Virus record (IMG/VR): IMGVR_UViG_3300023174_000040
Location: 124,001-188,000 of that record
Length of the DNA: 64,000 nucleotides
Direction: 5' to 3' (one strand)
Positions within the stretch are counted from its first letter, which is position 1; each line of letters opens with the position of its first letter. The position numbers were made by a program, and so were the translations under genes. Below the pieces are notes generated by a model. The model was not told the DNA's origin, did no database searches, and worked only from the letters and a program-made list of their open reading frames with translations. This document shows, piece by piece, positions 1 to 9,517 of this stretch.

Positions 1-5
1 AAATT

Positions 6-404
6 TTGGCGAGTCTTAAAAAGAATTATCCCAACACTGGATTCATTACTATCTCTTATGAGGGAAGTGGAGATAGTTTCAATGATTTCTACGACTGCAA
101 TGCCTATGCTAAGTGTAGTTTGAAAAATCCTAAACTTTTGGATAGTTTTAGTGAAAAAGGCCGACCGCAAAGTGAAGACCTTAAAGATATAAGCAAAGAT
201 CTTCATGAGACTAAAAACATTCTGGATAGTTGTATTTGGAGTGTTCTTGAGAGTCATGATGAAGTGAATTTTAACAACGATGGTTGCGAGGGCGAAATTA
301 CATTTGATCTAGATAATGATAAGATCATTGTTTATAATCGTTACCGTGTAACAGAAACAGTGGACTCTCCTGACTACGAATACAAGGCAGGTGATTTTGA
401 ATAA
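6..404 (+). CDS. DUF6878-like hypothetical protein (probably 5'-truncated by window edge)
   Basis: YEGSGDS motif and NNDGCEGEITFD; carries KLLDSF. Confidence 0.5.
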   Translation: MASLKKNYPNTGFITISYEGSGDSFNDFYDCNAYAKCSLKNPKLLDSFSEKGRPQSEDLKDISKDLHETKNILDSCIWSVLESHDEVNFNNDGCEGEITFDLDNDKIIVYNRYRVTETVDSPDYEYKAGDFE

Positions 405-477
405 TATAAATCCGGCTCCAGGCGTCATTAACGCAAATTATCTTAACAACAACAATCACTCAACCAATAATTATAAA

Positions 478-1119
478 ATGAATAATACTAAAGCGGCTCC
501 CAAACTTTCCCCTAGTCAAGAAGCACTTGTAGCCGCCCTTAATGAAGGAAAGCGAAACAAGGATCTTGAAAAGATTATCCTTGAGGATGCTCAGTGCTGT
601 GTTGATTATGCAAGGTATATAATCAAGGGTCGTTGGCCGGAAGCAGAAGATATCATTGTTAATGCCTCCCTTAATACTAAGGTGCTTGGAGAAAAGTCTT
701 GGGGTCGTACCAAGACTTTAGTTTATGTTTATGCGAACTTGATTAAAGATCGCTTCCATAAAGCAGAAGAAAAGATGACTAATGATAAGAGTTGGTATGG
801 GCATAATTACGCCTACACTAAACTTATTCTTAGGCTTAAGGGTGAAATTGTAGATTTCAATAAGCCCGGTATTGTTGTGTGGCTGATGGATGATATTAAT
901 AAGGGTAAAATTGGCAAGCGAATCAAGACTGAAAAGAAGTGGGAAATTCTCGATCAACTCTACAAGAGAATTACCTTGTTCGCTTTTAGCCACCCAGGGG
1001 ATCGTAATATTAAGAAATATGTCAATGAGCAGAAAAAGTTCAAGCAATCTATGATGCTCGAACTTCGTCGGCAAGATAAAGATATGACTGTCGAACAGTT
1101 GATTGAAAAGTTGAAGTAA
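478..1119 (+). CDS. helical-repeat phage protein (YAxxxxxGRWxEAE family)
   Basis: DYARYIIKGRWPEAEDII repeat unit; ATG 478 preferred over upstream low-complexity extension. Confidence 0.6.
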   Translation: MNNTKAAPKLSPSQEALVAALNEGKRNKDLEKIILEDAQCCVDYARYIIKGRWPEAEDIIVNASLNTKVLGEKSWGRTKTLVYVYANLIKDRFHKAEEKMTNDKSWYGHNYAYTKLILRLKGEIVDFNKPGIVVWLMDDINKGKIGKRIKTEKKWEILDQLYKRITLFAFSHPGDRNIKKYVNEQKKFKQSMMLELRRQDKDMTVEQLIEKLK

Positions 1120-1200
1120 TGGAATATCCTGACTTACAACCTTGGTTTGATAATCCCTCTGATGAATATCATGAGTTGGTTTGTGTAGAAGAATTTCCAT

Positions 1201-2052
1201 ATGATGAATAAGCGTGGAACCACCCTTGTTGAACTGCTGGTTAGCGTAACCATCATTGCAGTTTTATCTGGGCTGGTTCTCAGTGCTGTTCAAGCAACAA
1301 GAAAGTCTGCTGGTTACGTTGTTCATCTAAATTGGCTTAGACAGCGTAAATTAGATAATGCTCCCTATAGCAAGACATTAAAAATAGTCTTTATCGGTAA
1401 TAGCCATACATATTTCTCTGATATTCCAGGGGTTATTGTTGAGTTCGCAAAAACAGTAGGAGTGGAAATAAAGACTAAGGTAGTTGTTGTTGGGGGTCAA
1501 TCTTTAGAGGGTCATTGGAGTGGCCCTGATGCTCAAAACGCAATAACAAGTGAATTGAGTAATTTTGTTGTATTGCAAGATATTAGTCAGCGACCATATA
1601 CAGACCCGGATTTATATCAAGAATATGTAAAGAAATTCTGTGATCTGATCGACAATAAATCTGTTCCGATATTATACTTAGTTTGGGCACATAAAACTAA
1701 TTTATGGGTTCAAGGAAGTTTAACTGCTCAAGCTGTTCAAGCTATGAAAGACAATACCTATAGCGAAGTTTGTTTTGTTGGCGAAGCATGGAAAATAGTT
1801 CGTAATGAAAAACCAGATCTTGAATTATTTCTTGATGAAGTTCATGAAAATCCTACCGGGGCTTATTTGACAGCATGTGTTTTTCACAGTATAATTCATA
1901 GATTAGATCCAAGGGGATTGCCTTGCGAAGTTACTACTGAATCGGGGTCTACGGTTAGCGTTAGTCCTGAACTTGCAAATTATTTTCAAACAGTTGCTTG
2001 GCAAGTATCTGAAAAATACAGAAAAAAGTATAAAGCCTACTATCTAAAATGA
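1201..2052 (+). CDS. prepilin-type N-terminal leader fused to SGNH/GDSL hydrolase-like domain
   Basis: KRGTTLVELLVSVTIIAVLSGLVLSAVQATR leader; FIGNSHTY block I; DEVH catalytic DxxH. Confidence 0.75.
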   Translation: MMNKRGTTLVELLVSVTIIAVLSGLVLSAVQATRKSAGYVVHLNWLRQRKLDNAPYSKTLKIVFIGNSHTYFSDIPGVIVEFAKTVGVEIKTKVVVVGGQSLEGHWSGPDAQNAITSELSNFVVLQDISQRPYTDPDLYQEYVKKFCDLIDNKSVPILYLVWAHKTNLWVQGSLTAQAVQAMKDNTYSEVCFVGEAWKIVRNEKPDLELFLDEVHENPTGAYLTACVFHSIIHRLDPRGLPCEVTTESGSTVSVSPELANYFQTVAWQVSEKYRKKYKAYYLK

Positions 2053-2447
2053 AAACCAAGATCACCCTAAAAGATTATCTAATCAGTGTCAATTACTCAA
2101 TTACTGATGGGGCTGAATTTCTTTGGGATTGTTACGGGGAAAATGCTCGCATAATCTCAAATGATAAGAAAAGGGGCAAAAATTTTATTTGCTCTACTGG
2201 TGTGGTTTTTGATGCTGACAAGCAAACTGTTTATGAGATGACTGTTTGGGATTATGAAAAAAATGAGCAATATCGTTGGATAAGTCCGAGATATTCAAAG
2301 AAGCATAGAGAAGAAGAAATAAAAAGAGGCTTTGTGGCAGGACAATCAATTGATAAGTTAAGTTTCATTGAAGTTGAAATAGAAAAAATACTGTCGAAAG
2401 CAAAAGAACTATGCCACACAAAATCAGCAAAAAAGAAAAAATGCTAG
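2049..2447 (+). CDS. hypothetical phage protein
   Basis: ORF overlaps upstream stop; phage-like composition. Confidence 0.6.
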   Translation: MKTKITLKDYLISVNYSITDGAEFLWDCYGENARIISNDKKRGKNFICSTGVVFDADKQTVYEMTVWDYEKNEQYRWISPRYSKKHREEEIKRGFVAGQSIDKLSFIEVEIEKILSKAKELCHTKSAKKKKC

Positions 2448-2860
2448 GTTCTTTTGTCCCTGTAACAGGAGAGTTCTTGGATTTCGTAAAAAATAACACA
2501 CATATTCAATTAAATAATCTAGACCTTGAAAAAGTCTTAAATGCCTATAAGGCTTCTATAGTTAGAGGCATGGATTATGCTATAGTCGAATACTATGATA
2601 AATACAAAAAACCCAATCTCTTGTTCTTCGCTAGGGAGCATTTTAAACAAACGGTTTTGCGTCATTATTATAATTCTCTTAAATTATACAAGCCTCGTTT
2701 TAAGTGCCCTAAAAAATTAAAAAAAGATTCCAATTTTAAGAACCGCACTCACAGACTTTATCGAATCTTTGACTTGAAAAACAACAAAGATATTAGTGGA
2801 ATTCGTATGTTTGAATATTGCAAAAAAACACTTCAAAGAAAGGTCGTTGTTCCAAACTAA
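2441..2860 (+). CDS. hypothetical protein starting MLGSF
   Basis: ATG overlapping the end of the previous gene. Confidence 0.55.
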   Translation: MLGSFVPVTGEFLDFVKNNTHIQLNNLDLEKVLNAYKASIVRGMDYAIVEYYDKYKKPNLLFFAREHFKQTVLRHYYNSLKLYKPRFKCPKKLKKDSNFKNRTHRLYRIFDLKNNKDISGIRMFEYCKKTLQRKVVVPN

Positions 2861-3040
2861 AAATTAGTACCCGTATATACAACAATACCATCTTGTTGGT
2901 AACAAAAAAATAGTGGTCGATCACTATACTGTTACTGGGTTGAGGTTATCGACAGCCAATAGAGTGTAAGTTAAATTTAATATACATTACGCAGTGGTCT
3001 ACACGGAACTGCGATACTAATTTTTTTGGAAAATTTCACT

Positions 3041-3796
3041 ATGTTAAGAACCAGATTCAATTACTGGACTTGTAGCAAATTTGCAAATTGGGTTAGAGGT
3101 GAAGATAAGCCTCTTGGACTCACAATGGAAGGTTGGGAAGATTGGAGAAAGGAACAAGAGAACAAAAGACCGATTAGATATTATCTCTCCGATACTCTTC
3201 TTGGTAATCTTCAAGACTTTGTAAATTACCCTTCAGATCTCTACAATTCCATAAAAACTTATTTAAATAATAGGTTTGTAGATAAGACTCATTATTTAAA
3301 GACCGGCCTAGAGCCAGGACATTATCATGAAGTAGATGAAAAGATACTCTATGGTTTGTTTACTGAGTTATCTGAGTTTGTGGAGGATGAACTTTCTTGG
3401 ATGAATTATCTAAGCAAAGATAAAAAAGAGAGAGGAAAATATAAGAGATCCGCAGAAGGCGGTATCGAATATCTTAATTGGGCGATGGGCCTTAAAAAAG
3501 ATGAAGAAAATGGATACCAGAAAGAATATACTGAGGGTTACGGCGAGCCAACACCCCAAGCAGAATCTTCTAAAGAAATCTTAGAAATTTATAATTGGTG
3601 GAAAAACGTTAGACCATATCGTGAACATCCTCACGATATTAGCAAGTGGAGAGATATCTGCGAGAGTAGGATAAAAGATAAAGAGATTATAAGAGAGAGT
3701 CTCGATAAACTCACAAGCATCGAAGAACAATATGATAAAGAAGATGAAGATATGATGATCAGATTGATCAAAATTAGAAAAAGCTTGTGGACATGA
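3041..3796 (+). CDS. hypothetical phage protein
   Basis: 251-aa ORF; ends LIKIRKSLWT. Confidence 0.65.
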   Translation: MLRTRFNYWTCSKFANWVRGEDKPLGLTMEGWEDWRKEQENKRPIRYYLSDTLLGNLQDFVNYPSDLYNSIKTYLNNRFVDKTHYLKTGLEPGHYHEVDEKILYGLFTELSEFVEDELSWMNYLSKDKKERGKYKRSAEGGIEYLNWAMGLKKDEENGYQKEYTEGYGEPTPQAESSKEILEIYNWWKNVRPYREHPHDISKWRDICESRIKDKEIIRESLDKLTSIEEQYDKEDEDMMIRLIKIRKSLWT

Positions 3797-4053
3797 AATT
3801 CCATAAAGTTTTTATAACAATATTTATAGGAATTCTATTTTATGTCTTCCTTGGAGTAATAATATACAATCAGAGAACAACAATATACAATCAGAAAAAA
3901 AATTACATCAAACATAGAAACATAATTAGTGATTTAGAATACCAGAACAAGAAACTAGAGTATCAGAATGATAAATTAGTAAACCATATAGAAATCTTAA
4001 ATAATAGAATCGTAATCTTATCGGCAAGATCTAGTGAACTACCCACCCCCTAA
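3793..4053 (+). CDS. membrane-anchored coiled-coil protein, C-terminus altered by IS insertion
   Basis: N-terminal TM segment; removing 4034-5338 restores ...LSARSNKEEKSR-stop at 5361. Confidence 0.6.
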   Translation: MKFHKVFITIFIGILFYVFLGVIIYNQRTTIYNQKKNYIKHRNIISDLEYQNKKLEYQNDKLVNHIEILNNRIVILSARSSELPTP

Positions 4054-5338
4054 AGGGAGTGGGCTTCCTGTTTCAACCTCGGTTGCCCTTGATTGCTCTC
4101 AGGTCTTACACCAAGTCCACAGGCTATTCCCGTAGTTCCTACGGTTCTTTTCGCTTCATTAAGTATGTTAATCGCAGCATTGGTGTCACGATCATGCCTA
4201 ATCTTGCACTTCGGACACTCCCAACTACGAACACTCAACGGTAAACTTTCTACTACAAAATTACACTTTGAACAAGTCTTACTTGAAGGAAACCACCTTC
4301 CAACCTTAATGACTGTTCTACCGTGCCAGTTTGCCTTGTATTCAATTTGACGAACGAATTCGCTCATTGATACATCAGCGACACTCTTGCTCAAACACCT
4401 GTTCTTCATCATGCCACTTACATTCAAGTCTTCCAAACAAATCACTTGGTTCTCGTTGATTATTTGGCGACTTACCTTATGTAAGTGGTCATTACGGATG
4501 TTTGCTATCTTCAAGTGCAATTTTGCCAATCGTTTTCTTGATTTCTCCTTGTTTTTACTACCCTTATTTCTTCGGCTGTGTTCTTTGTTCAACATGCGTA
4601 GTCTGACTTCAAGGTTCTTGTAACTGCGGATATTCTTGTATTTCTTGCCGTCACTCAATGTTGCAAGGCTGTTGATTCCAAGATCAACGCCAACCTTGTT
4701 TTTGTTCTTTTTAAGAGGTTTGATTTCTTTTTCAACCAAGATTGAAACAAAGTATTGTCCTGCCTTATTCATAGTCAATGTTGCGTGTCGTATATTTCCG
4801 TTGATCGGACGGTGTAGTTTTACCTTTATGCCTTCATTGAACTTAGGGAAGTGTATTTTGTTTTCCTTCACCTCCACGAACTGAGGCACAGTAAAACTTT
4901 GTTTGTCTCGTCTGCTGTGGAACTTGGGTAATTTTGCTCTTTTGCTAAAGAAATTGTTATATGCTATATCAAGGCACTTTAGTTCAAACTGCAATACTTG
5001 ACTGTTGGTTCCGTACAGCCAATCCTTTTCTTTCTTGAGATTGGTCAGTTCTTTTGCTTGTTTGTAGTAGTTTGGACTTTTCTTGGTTTTGATGTATGAT
5101 GTTTTCCTCTGGTCAAGGAAGTGGTTGTACACAAACCTACAACAACCAAAGTGAATGGCTAGTTTGTTTTGTTGCTCCTTGTTCGGATACAGTCTGTATT
5201 TGTAAGTGTAGTGAACCATAATTATGCAAGGGTTTAAAGCCTGCATAATTATGTATGCACTTGAGTTGAAATTTTTTTCAGAGTTTACCGCCATTCATCC
5301 CAGCCCCTAAAGGGACTGGGTTTTCTGGCGGCGAGGAT
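4034..5338 (-). mobile_element. IS200/IS605-family (IS1341-type, tnpB-only) insertion sequence
   Basis: subterminal hairpins CCCACCCCCTAAAGGGAGTGGG (~4042) and CCCAGCCCCTAAAGGGACTGGG (~5299); right end TTCAC; TTTAT 5' of left end; empty site restores reading frame. Confidence 0.85.
4050..5219 (-). CDS. tnpB: RNA-guided endonuclease TnpB
   Basis: YKYRLYP HTH; GVDLG RuvC-I; EDL RuvC-II; CxxC..CxxC zinc ribbon; DRDTNAAINI RuvC-III. Confidence 0.95.
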   Translation of the reverse strand: MVHYTYKYRLYPNKEQQNKLAIHFGCCRFVYNHFLDQRKTSYIKTKKSPNYYKQAKELTNLKKEKDWLYGTNSQVLQFELKCLDIAYNNFFSKRAKLPKFHSRRDKQSFTVPQFVEVKENKIHFPKFNEGIKVKLHRPINGNIRHATLTMNKAGQYFVSILVEKEIKPLKKNKNKVGVDLGINSLATLSDGKKYKNIRSYKNLEVRLRMLNKEHSRRNKGSKNKEKSRKRLAKLHLKIANIRNDHLHKVSRQIINENQVICLEDLNVSGMMKNRCLSKSVADVSMSEFVRQIEYKANWHGRTVIKVGRWFPSSKTCSKCNFVVESLPLSVRSWECPKCKIRHDRDTNAAINILNEAKRTVGTTGIACGLGVRPESNQGQPRLKQEAHSL

Positions 5339-5365
5339 ATAAAGAGGAAAAATCCAGGTAATATC

Positions 5366-5743
5366 ATGCTTAAAGTTCGATTTCATTTGGGTGCTGGGGA
5401 GAATTATAAGCATTGGCAGATTCGCAACATAATTACGAATTCAGTCGAATATCATGATCCCAATAAAGTTCAATTATTGCTTATGGGATGTACGTTAAAA
5501 AATGAATCAAAAACAGCAGAGAAAGTTTTTGCTAAACAAAAGAGGGATGTTTGCGGATGGGTGCAATGCGAAAACATTGAGTTTTCATATAATTTTGTGA
5601 AACCTTCTGGCCATAGACTTTTTTATGATCCTAAAATCAGCCCCTACTGGCAATATAAAGATGATCCATCTAATCTCGATGGAATGGGATTTGAAAATTT
5701 GATTACATTAGGGCATCATATTTTTATAGAAACAAAAAACTGA
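5366..5743 (+). CDS. hypothetical phage protein
   Basis: clean ORF followed by terminator. Confidence 0.6.
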   Translation: MLKVRFHLGAGENYKHWQIRNIITNSVEYHDPNKVQLLLMGCTLKNESKTAEKVFAKQKRDVCGWVQCENIEFSYNFVKPSGHRLFYDPKISPYWQYKDDPSNLDGMGFENLITLGHHIFIETKN

Positions 5744-5780
5744 AAGAGAAAGCCATATGATTAACGGCTTTCTTTCAGTT
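5738..5780. terminator. bidirectional hairpin terminator
   Basis: AACTGAAAGAGAAAGCC...GGCTTTCTTTCAGTT between convergent genes. Confidence 0.6.
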
Positions 5781-5801
5781 ATAGGTTGAATATTAGTGGA
5801 C

Positions 5802-5981
5802 TCACTCAGAACGGGCCAGCACCCTTAGCCTCGCCCGAAAGTCGGCTCCACCGGCTGGCTCAATAACCGCAACCTTTTTTTGCTCTTTTTTATACCCTAG
5901 GGCAACGCAATAAACTAATACCCCCATACCACAGATTAGGGTTATTGCTATTCCCATTATAAAAAGAAAGAAATTATCCAT
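5802..5981 (-). CDS. small membrane protein
   Basis: MDNFFLFIMGIAITLICGMG hydrophobic segment; TAATG overlap with upstream gene. Confidence 0.55.
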   Translation of the reverse strand: MDNFFLFIMGIAITLICGMGVLVYCVALGYKKEQKKVAVIEPAGGADFRARLRVLARSE

Positions 5982-6130
5982 TAATCGAAATACCTCCCTA
6001 GACACAATATGCTAGGAACCCATATTCCAACAAAAATAGCTTGATTTTCATTTTTAAATAAAAACCATATGGTTACACTCAAAACAAAACTTAAAAATGC
6101 TGCTGTTATAAACAAATATCTACTTTTCAT
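5981..6130 (-). CDS. small 2-TM membrane protein (49 aa, absent from ORF track)
   Basis: MKSRYLFITAAFLSFVLSVTIWF...AIFVGIWVPSIL; GGAG upstream. Confidence 0.55.
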   Translation of the reverse strand: MKSRYLFITAAFLSFVLSVTIWFLFKNENQAIFVGIWVPSILCLGRYFD

Positions 6131-6155
6131 TCTTTTTGTCTCCTTTTTTTAGATC

Positions 6156-6338
6156 TCATCGAGTCTTTTTGACCCAAGGCTTGTTGTCAACTAACAATTC
6201 TTCTCTAACAATACTACAGTTCTTTGGGGCTTCCACGCCTATCCTTGCTCTATTTCCCTCGACACTTACAAGGGTAATCGTTACGTTTAATTCTGGGATG
6301 TGAATTTTTTCGCTTTCCTTGCGGCACAGCACTAGCAC
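6156..6338 (-). CDS. csrA: carbon storage regulator CsrA/RsmA
   Basis: MLVLxRKxxExI...V+IGVEAPK..IVREEL family signature. Confidence 0.85.
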   Translation of the reverse strand: MLVLCRKESEKIHIPELNVTITLVSVEGNRARIGVEAPKNCSIVREELLVDNKPWVKKTR

Positions 6339-6415
6339 TATATGTTCCTTTTGTTTTATTTTTAGAAAAATCAGACAACAAAAACAATATAGCAGGTCAG
6401 TCCAAAAGAGTCAAG

Positions 6416-6441
6416 TTTCTTTCGGGTACGGTTGTTGGTAG
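6416..6441 (+). promoter_or_regulatory. GGTACGG-N9-R motif, first of ~50 copies (class A, GTTTCYYTYYGGTACGGT)
   Basis: class A cores at 6425, 8508, 10652, 12675, 15366, 18209, 22573, 27422, 29429, 44340, 44658, 45372; all intergenic and + strand. Confidence 0.75.
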
Positions 6442-6473
6442 GAACAGATTAAAACTTTTTTTAAGAGACCAAT

Positions 6474-6719
6474 ATGAAGTACGCTAAAATTACTGGTAAT
6501 GGTGAATTTCCACTGGATATGCTCCGGTATGATACTGCATCCCCTGCCACAGAGGAAATGAGCAGTAAGATTGAGGGTACAATCAAGAACTACCAGCGTG
6601 GTTGGGAAGTCTACGTTAAAAGCGAAAGCAAGTTTCCTTGGACTGTGGGGCGTTGGGAAAGTTTTGGTTGCAAGATTGAAAGTATGCCCAAGAATTGGAG
6701 TACGGGATGTATTCGTTAA
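6474..6719 (+). CDS. hypothetical phage protein (FPxDMLRYD family)
   Basis: FPLDMLRYD...TVGRWESFG; directly after a motif copy. Confidence 0.65.
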   Translation: MKYAKITGNGEFPLDMLRYDTASPATEEMSSKIEGTIKNYQRGWEVYVKSESKFPWTVGRWESFGCKIESMPKNWSTGCIR

Positions 6720-6825
6720 TTATTATTTCTGTATTATCTATTTTGTTTTCAATTGGCATTGCCTTGAGTCCAATTCCTTGGATTATATTTGGAATGATTG
6801 ATCGTCTTATTCAAAGGTATTTGTA

Positions 6826-7035
6826 ATGAATAATCTTGATATTGCCGAATACAAAAACAAAACCGATTGGTATTTTGAGAATGAATACAGCACACTTCCT
6901 CTTTATGAGATTCTGGCGAATTATCCAGAGAGCATTTATGATGGAGTGGACAGCATCATAGAAGAAGCCCACGCAAAGGGCTTGCATTTTATTGAGACTG
7001 CCCGTATGCTCCGAGACTTTCTTGGAGAAATGTAA
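6826..7035 (+). CDS. hypothetical protein
   Basis: TAATG coupling at both ends. Confidence 0.55.
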   Translation: MNNLDIAEYKNKTDWYFENEYSTLPLYEILANYPESIYDGVDSIIEEAHAKGLHFIETARMLRDFLGEM

Positions 7036-7226
7036 TGAATGAACCTAATGTAAAAAGCCAAAAATGCAATTGTGGAAGCGGTAAGATTAGCGAGTGGATC
7101 TACGATGGATATAATATTCCATTGACTAAATGCTGTTCTAGTTGTAAAAAAGAAAAGTTGGGTAAATTTCGTACGGATATTATGAGTCAATATGACGCAT
7201 ATGAACCCATCGAACCGGAATTTTGA
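7035..7226 (+). CDS. small Cys-rich (SEC-C-like CxCGSGK) protein
   Basis: CNCGSGK and CCSSC. Confidence 0.55.
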   Translation: MNEPNVKSQKCNCGSGKISEWIYDGYNIPLTKCCSSCKKEKLGKFRTDIMSQYDAYEPIEPEF

Positions 7227-7368
7227 ATAGGTTAGGTAAGATGGGCAAAACAATTTATTCCACTTGCCAAAATTGATTCAATGCACTACAGTATTCTGGT
7301 TCCCGGTATGGGGAGTTTGATTAGGAGGAAACATATCATACCATATGTTTCATTTCATGGAGGTTAGT

Positions 7369-7776
7369 ATGAATCGTCTTGTTGCTGCTCTTTTTGTTTG
7401 TGTTCTGATTAGCGGTGTTGCTCACGCTCGTCCTCGACGCAGTTATAACACCTATAATACCCCGACTTATTCTGCCCCAAAGACATACAGTTATACTGGG
7501 GAAGATACCCCACGGCAATATAGTTATACTTCTGAAACTCCAACCAGAAGTTATAGCAATACCAGTTCGGCTCAGGGTGTTGCCGAAATCATGGCTCGTA
7601 CGGGCCGTGTTGGTCACTGGGGGGGCAACAATGGGTATGAGGGTTGCGGGAGCGGTTCCTCCCAACAGGCCGCATACAACAACTGCTGCTATGCTAATAG
7701 CAACCTCACGACTGTTGACGTAGGTTATGCACAAGGCAATAATGGCAAATGGTATTGCTGCCGCCGTTATCGCTAA
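7369..7776 (+). CDS. secreted Cys-rich protein, CAP/SCP-like C-terminus
   Basis: signal peptide ending VAHA; MAR..GH...EG.G..CCY..GKWYCC; GGAGG RBS. Confidence 0.55.
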   Translation: MNRLVAALFVCVLISGVAHARPRRSYNTYNTPTYSAPKTYSYTGEDTPRQYSYTSETPTRSYSNTSSAQGVAEIMARTGRVGHWGGNNGYEGCGSGSSQQAAYNNCCYANSNLTTVDVGYAQGNNGKWYCCRRYR

Positions 7777-7792
7777 TCTAATTTATTGTTAA

Positions 7793-7863
7793 AAACCCTC
7801 CGCACGACACTCTAATAGGTTCGTGACCCTAATAGGTTCGTGCGGAGGGTTATTTTATTTTTT
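7793..7863 (+). terminator. rho-independent terminator
   Basis: AACCCTCCGCACGA...TCGTGCGGAGGGTT followed by T-run. Confidence 0.7.
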
Positions 7864-8475
7864 ATGAAAAAAATTACTATTTTGGGTGATGTTCACGGCA
7901 AATATAGACGTATGCACGAAATAATTCGTGAGAAAGATCGTCATGAATACATAGTCCAAATTGGCGACCTGGGTTTCGATTTTTCTACATTAGATAATGT
8001 CGATCCAAAAAAGTTTGTTATTGTCGGCGGTAATCACGATAACTATTCAAAAATAATTAATATTCCACATTATCTTGGCGACTATGGATACATGGTTAAT
8101 TTCAACGGAATAGATTTTTTCTACTACCGTGGAGCATATAGTATTGATAAACAATACAGAACTATCGGAATTGATTGGTGGTCAGAAGAACAAGTGTCTG
8201 TTGAACAATTCATGAAGGCTAGGGAACTTTATAGAAGCATCAAGCCGGATATTATGCTCACGCATGATTGTCCGGAAACTATTTCTCCTTATTTGTTGGA
8301 TCCACATACTCAGATGTATCAAAATCAAACAGGATATTTCTTGCAAGAATTGTTTAATATTCACCAACCAAAAAGTTGGTATTTTGGACACTACCATAAG
8401 AGTTGGCAAATGACAGTCAATGGAACTAATTTTAGATGCTTAAATGAATTAGAAACTTGTAGTCTTGAAATATAA
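7864..8475 (+). CDS. calcineurin-like metallophosphoesterase
   Basis: GDVHG, GDLG, GNHD, THD, GHYH motifs. Confidence 0.9.
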   Translation: MKKITILGDVHGKYRRMHEIIREKDRHEYIVQIGDLGFDFSTLDNVDPKKFVIVGGNHDNYSKIINIPHYLGDYGYMVNFNGIDFFYYRGAYSIDKQYRTIGIDWWSEEQVSVEQFMKARELYRSIKPDIMLTHDCPETISPYLLDPHTQMYQNQTGYFLQELFNIHQPKSWYFGHYHKSWQMTVNGTNFRCLNELETCSLEI

Positions 8476-8555
8476 TCCCCCCCTCCTTGCCCTCCTGGTT
8501 TCCCTGCGGTACGGTTTGGTATCGGGTAGACTTCACAAATACAGGAGAAAAATAA

Positions 8556-8831
8556 ATGAGTGATATTACGATTCGTATGCCGGCTGGCGGTGTTAGTCTG
8601 CCAGATAATGCACAGTGGACTAACCGTATCCAGATTCGCAGCGAAAGCAGCAATCGCATCTATATTGTTGCACAGAATAAGGAATCTGGTCGTTGGGGCT
8701 GTTCTTGTCCTGCATATTGTAGCCGTCGATATTGCAAGCATCTTTTGAATGGTTGTAATCTTGATCCTAGTGAGATTCACGGCAATACTGCCATTGCCGA
8801 TAATCGTCCTAAGAACAAGAGGCTGAAGTAA
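8556..8831 (+). CDS. SWIM zinc-finger protein
   Basis: WGCSCPAYCSRRYCKH. Confidence 0.75.
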   Translation: MSDITIRMPAGGVSLPDNAQWTNRIQIRSESSNRIYIVAQNKESGRWGCSCPAYCSRRYCKHLLNGCNLDPSEIHGNTAIADNRPKNKRLK

Positions 8832-9208
8832 TGTCTCACCCATATCATCACTCTATCAGTAGTGCTAAAAAGTGGGGAGGAATTCCCGCCGATTATCAGG
8901 CCATTCATGATTGGTTTGATGAAAGCAAGAGTCATATGGCCGATATTCGCCATCGTGCTTTGAGGCATCATAGCGAAGGAATCTTTATGTGTGAAAAGAT
9001 TTTCGGCATTACAATCACCAATAGCAATGGCAGGGAAATTCCTGTTCGTTTTATTGGCGAGCAGCACGTTAAAGAAGATTTGGGATTCATCCCCACTGTC
9101 AGCGATTATTTTCGTGAGATGAAAATTAAGAGTTGGATGACAGGCAACAGGGATTTTAAGGCTCCGACAGTCTTTGAAATGAAAGACGAAGAAGAAGTTT
9201 CAGTTTAA
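8831..9208 (+). CDS. DUF6915-like protein
   Basis: HPYHHSxSSAKKWGG..DY..IHDWFDESK..RHRALRHH..EQHVKED. Confidence 0.7.
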   Translation: MSHPYHHSISSAKKWGGIPADYQAIHDWFDESKSHMADIRHRALRHHSEGIFMCEKIFGITITNSNGREIPVRFIGEQHVKEDLGFIPTVSDYFREMKIKSWMTGNRDFKAPTVFEMKDEEEVSV

Positions 9209-9517
9209 TGTCCCCGTTAGGAGATTAGGTTATGGAAAACAAGTTCTGCGAACTCGGTGAAAAAATCCTTAAACTCATGGAAGAATACAACATGAAAGTT
9301 TACGATTTAGAATTCATCAACGAACTGATTGAAAAAACTGTTGAGCGTGATGAAAAAGAGTGTTCTTATTAGGGTTTTGGCCCTATTTTTGGCCACTTAA
9401 TTGAACTTTACCGAGCGGGAAATTTTTGGTATATTTAGTGTTTTTTTAACGTAAATTTCCCCGCTCGGTAAAGTTTTTCCTATTTTTTTGGCCGCTATTT
9501 TGGCCGGTTCCAAAAAT

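Noticed and set aside
4059-4884. Short + strand ORFs within tnpB, and the many antisense ORFs over MoxR, VWA and HTH genes
   Set aside because: Shadow frames of real genes, with no RBS or protein motifs.
4050-5219. TnpB as a Cas12 effector
   Set aside because: IS605-type end hairpins, ~390 aa length and no adjacent array indicate an ordinary IS-encoded TnpB.
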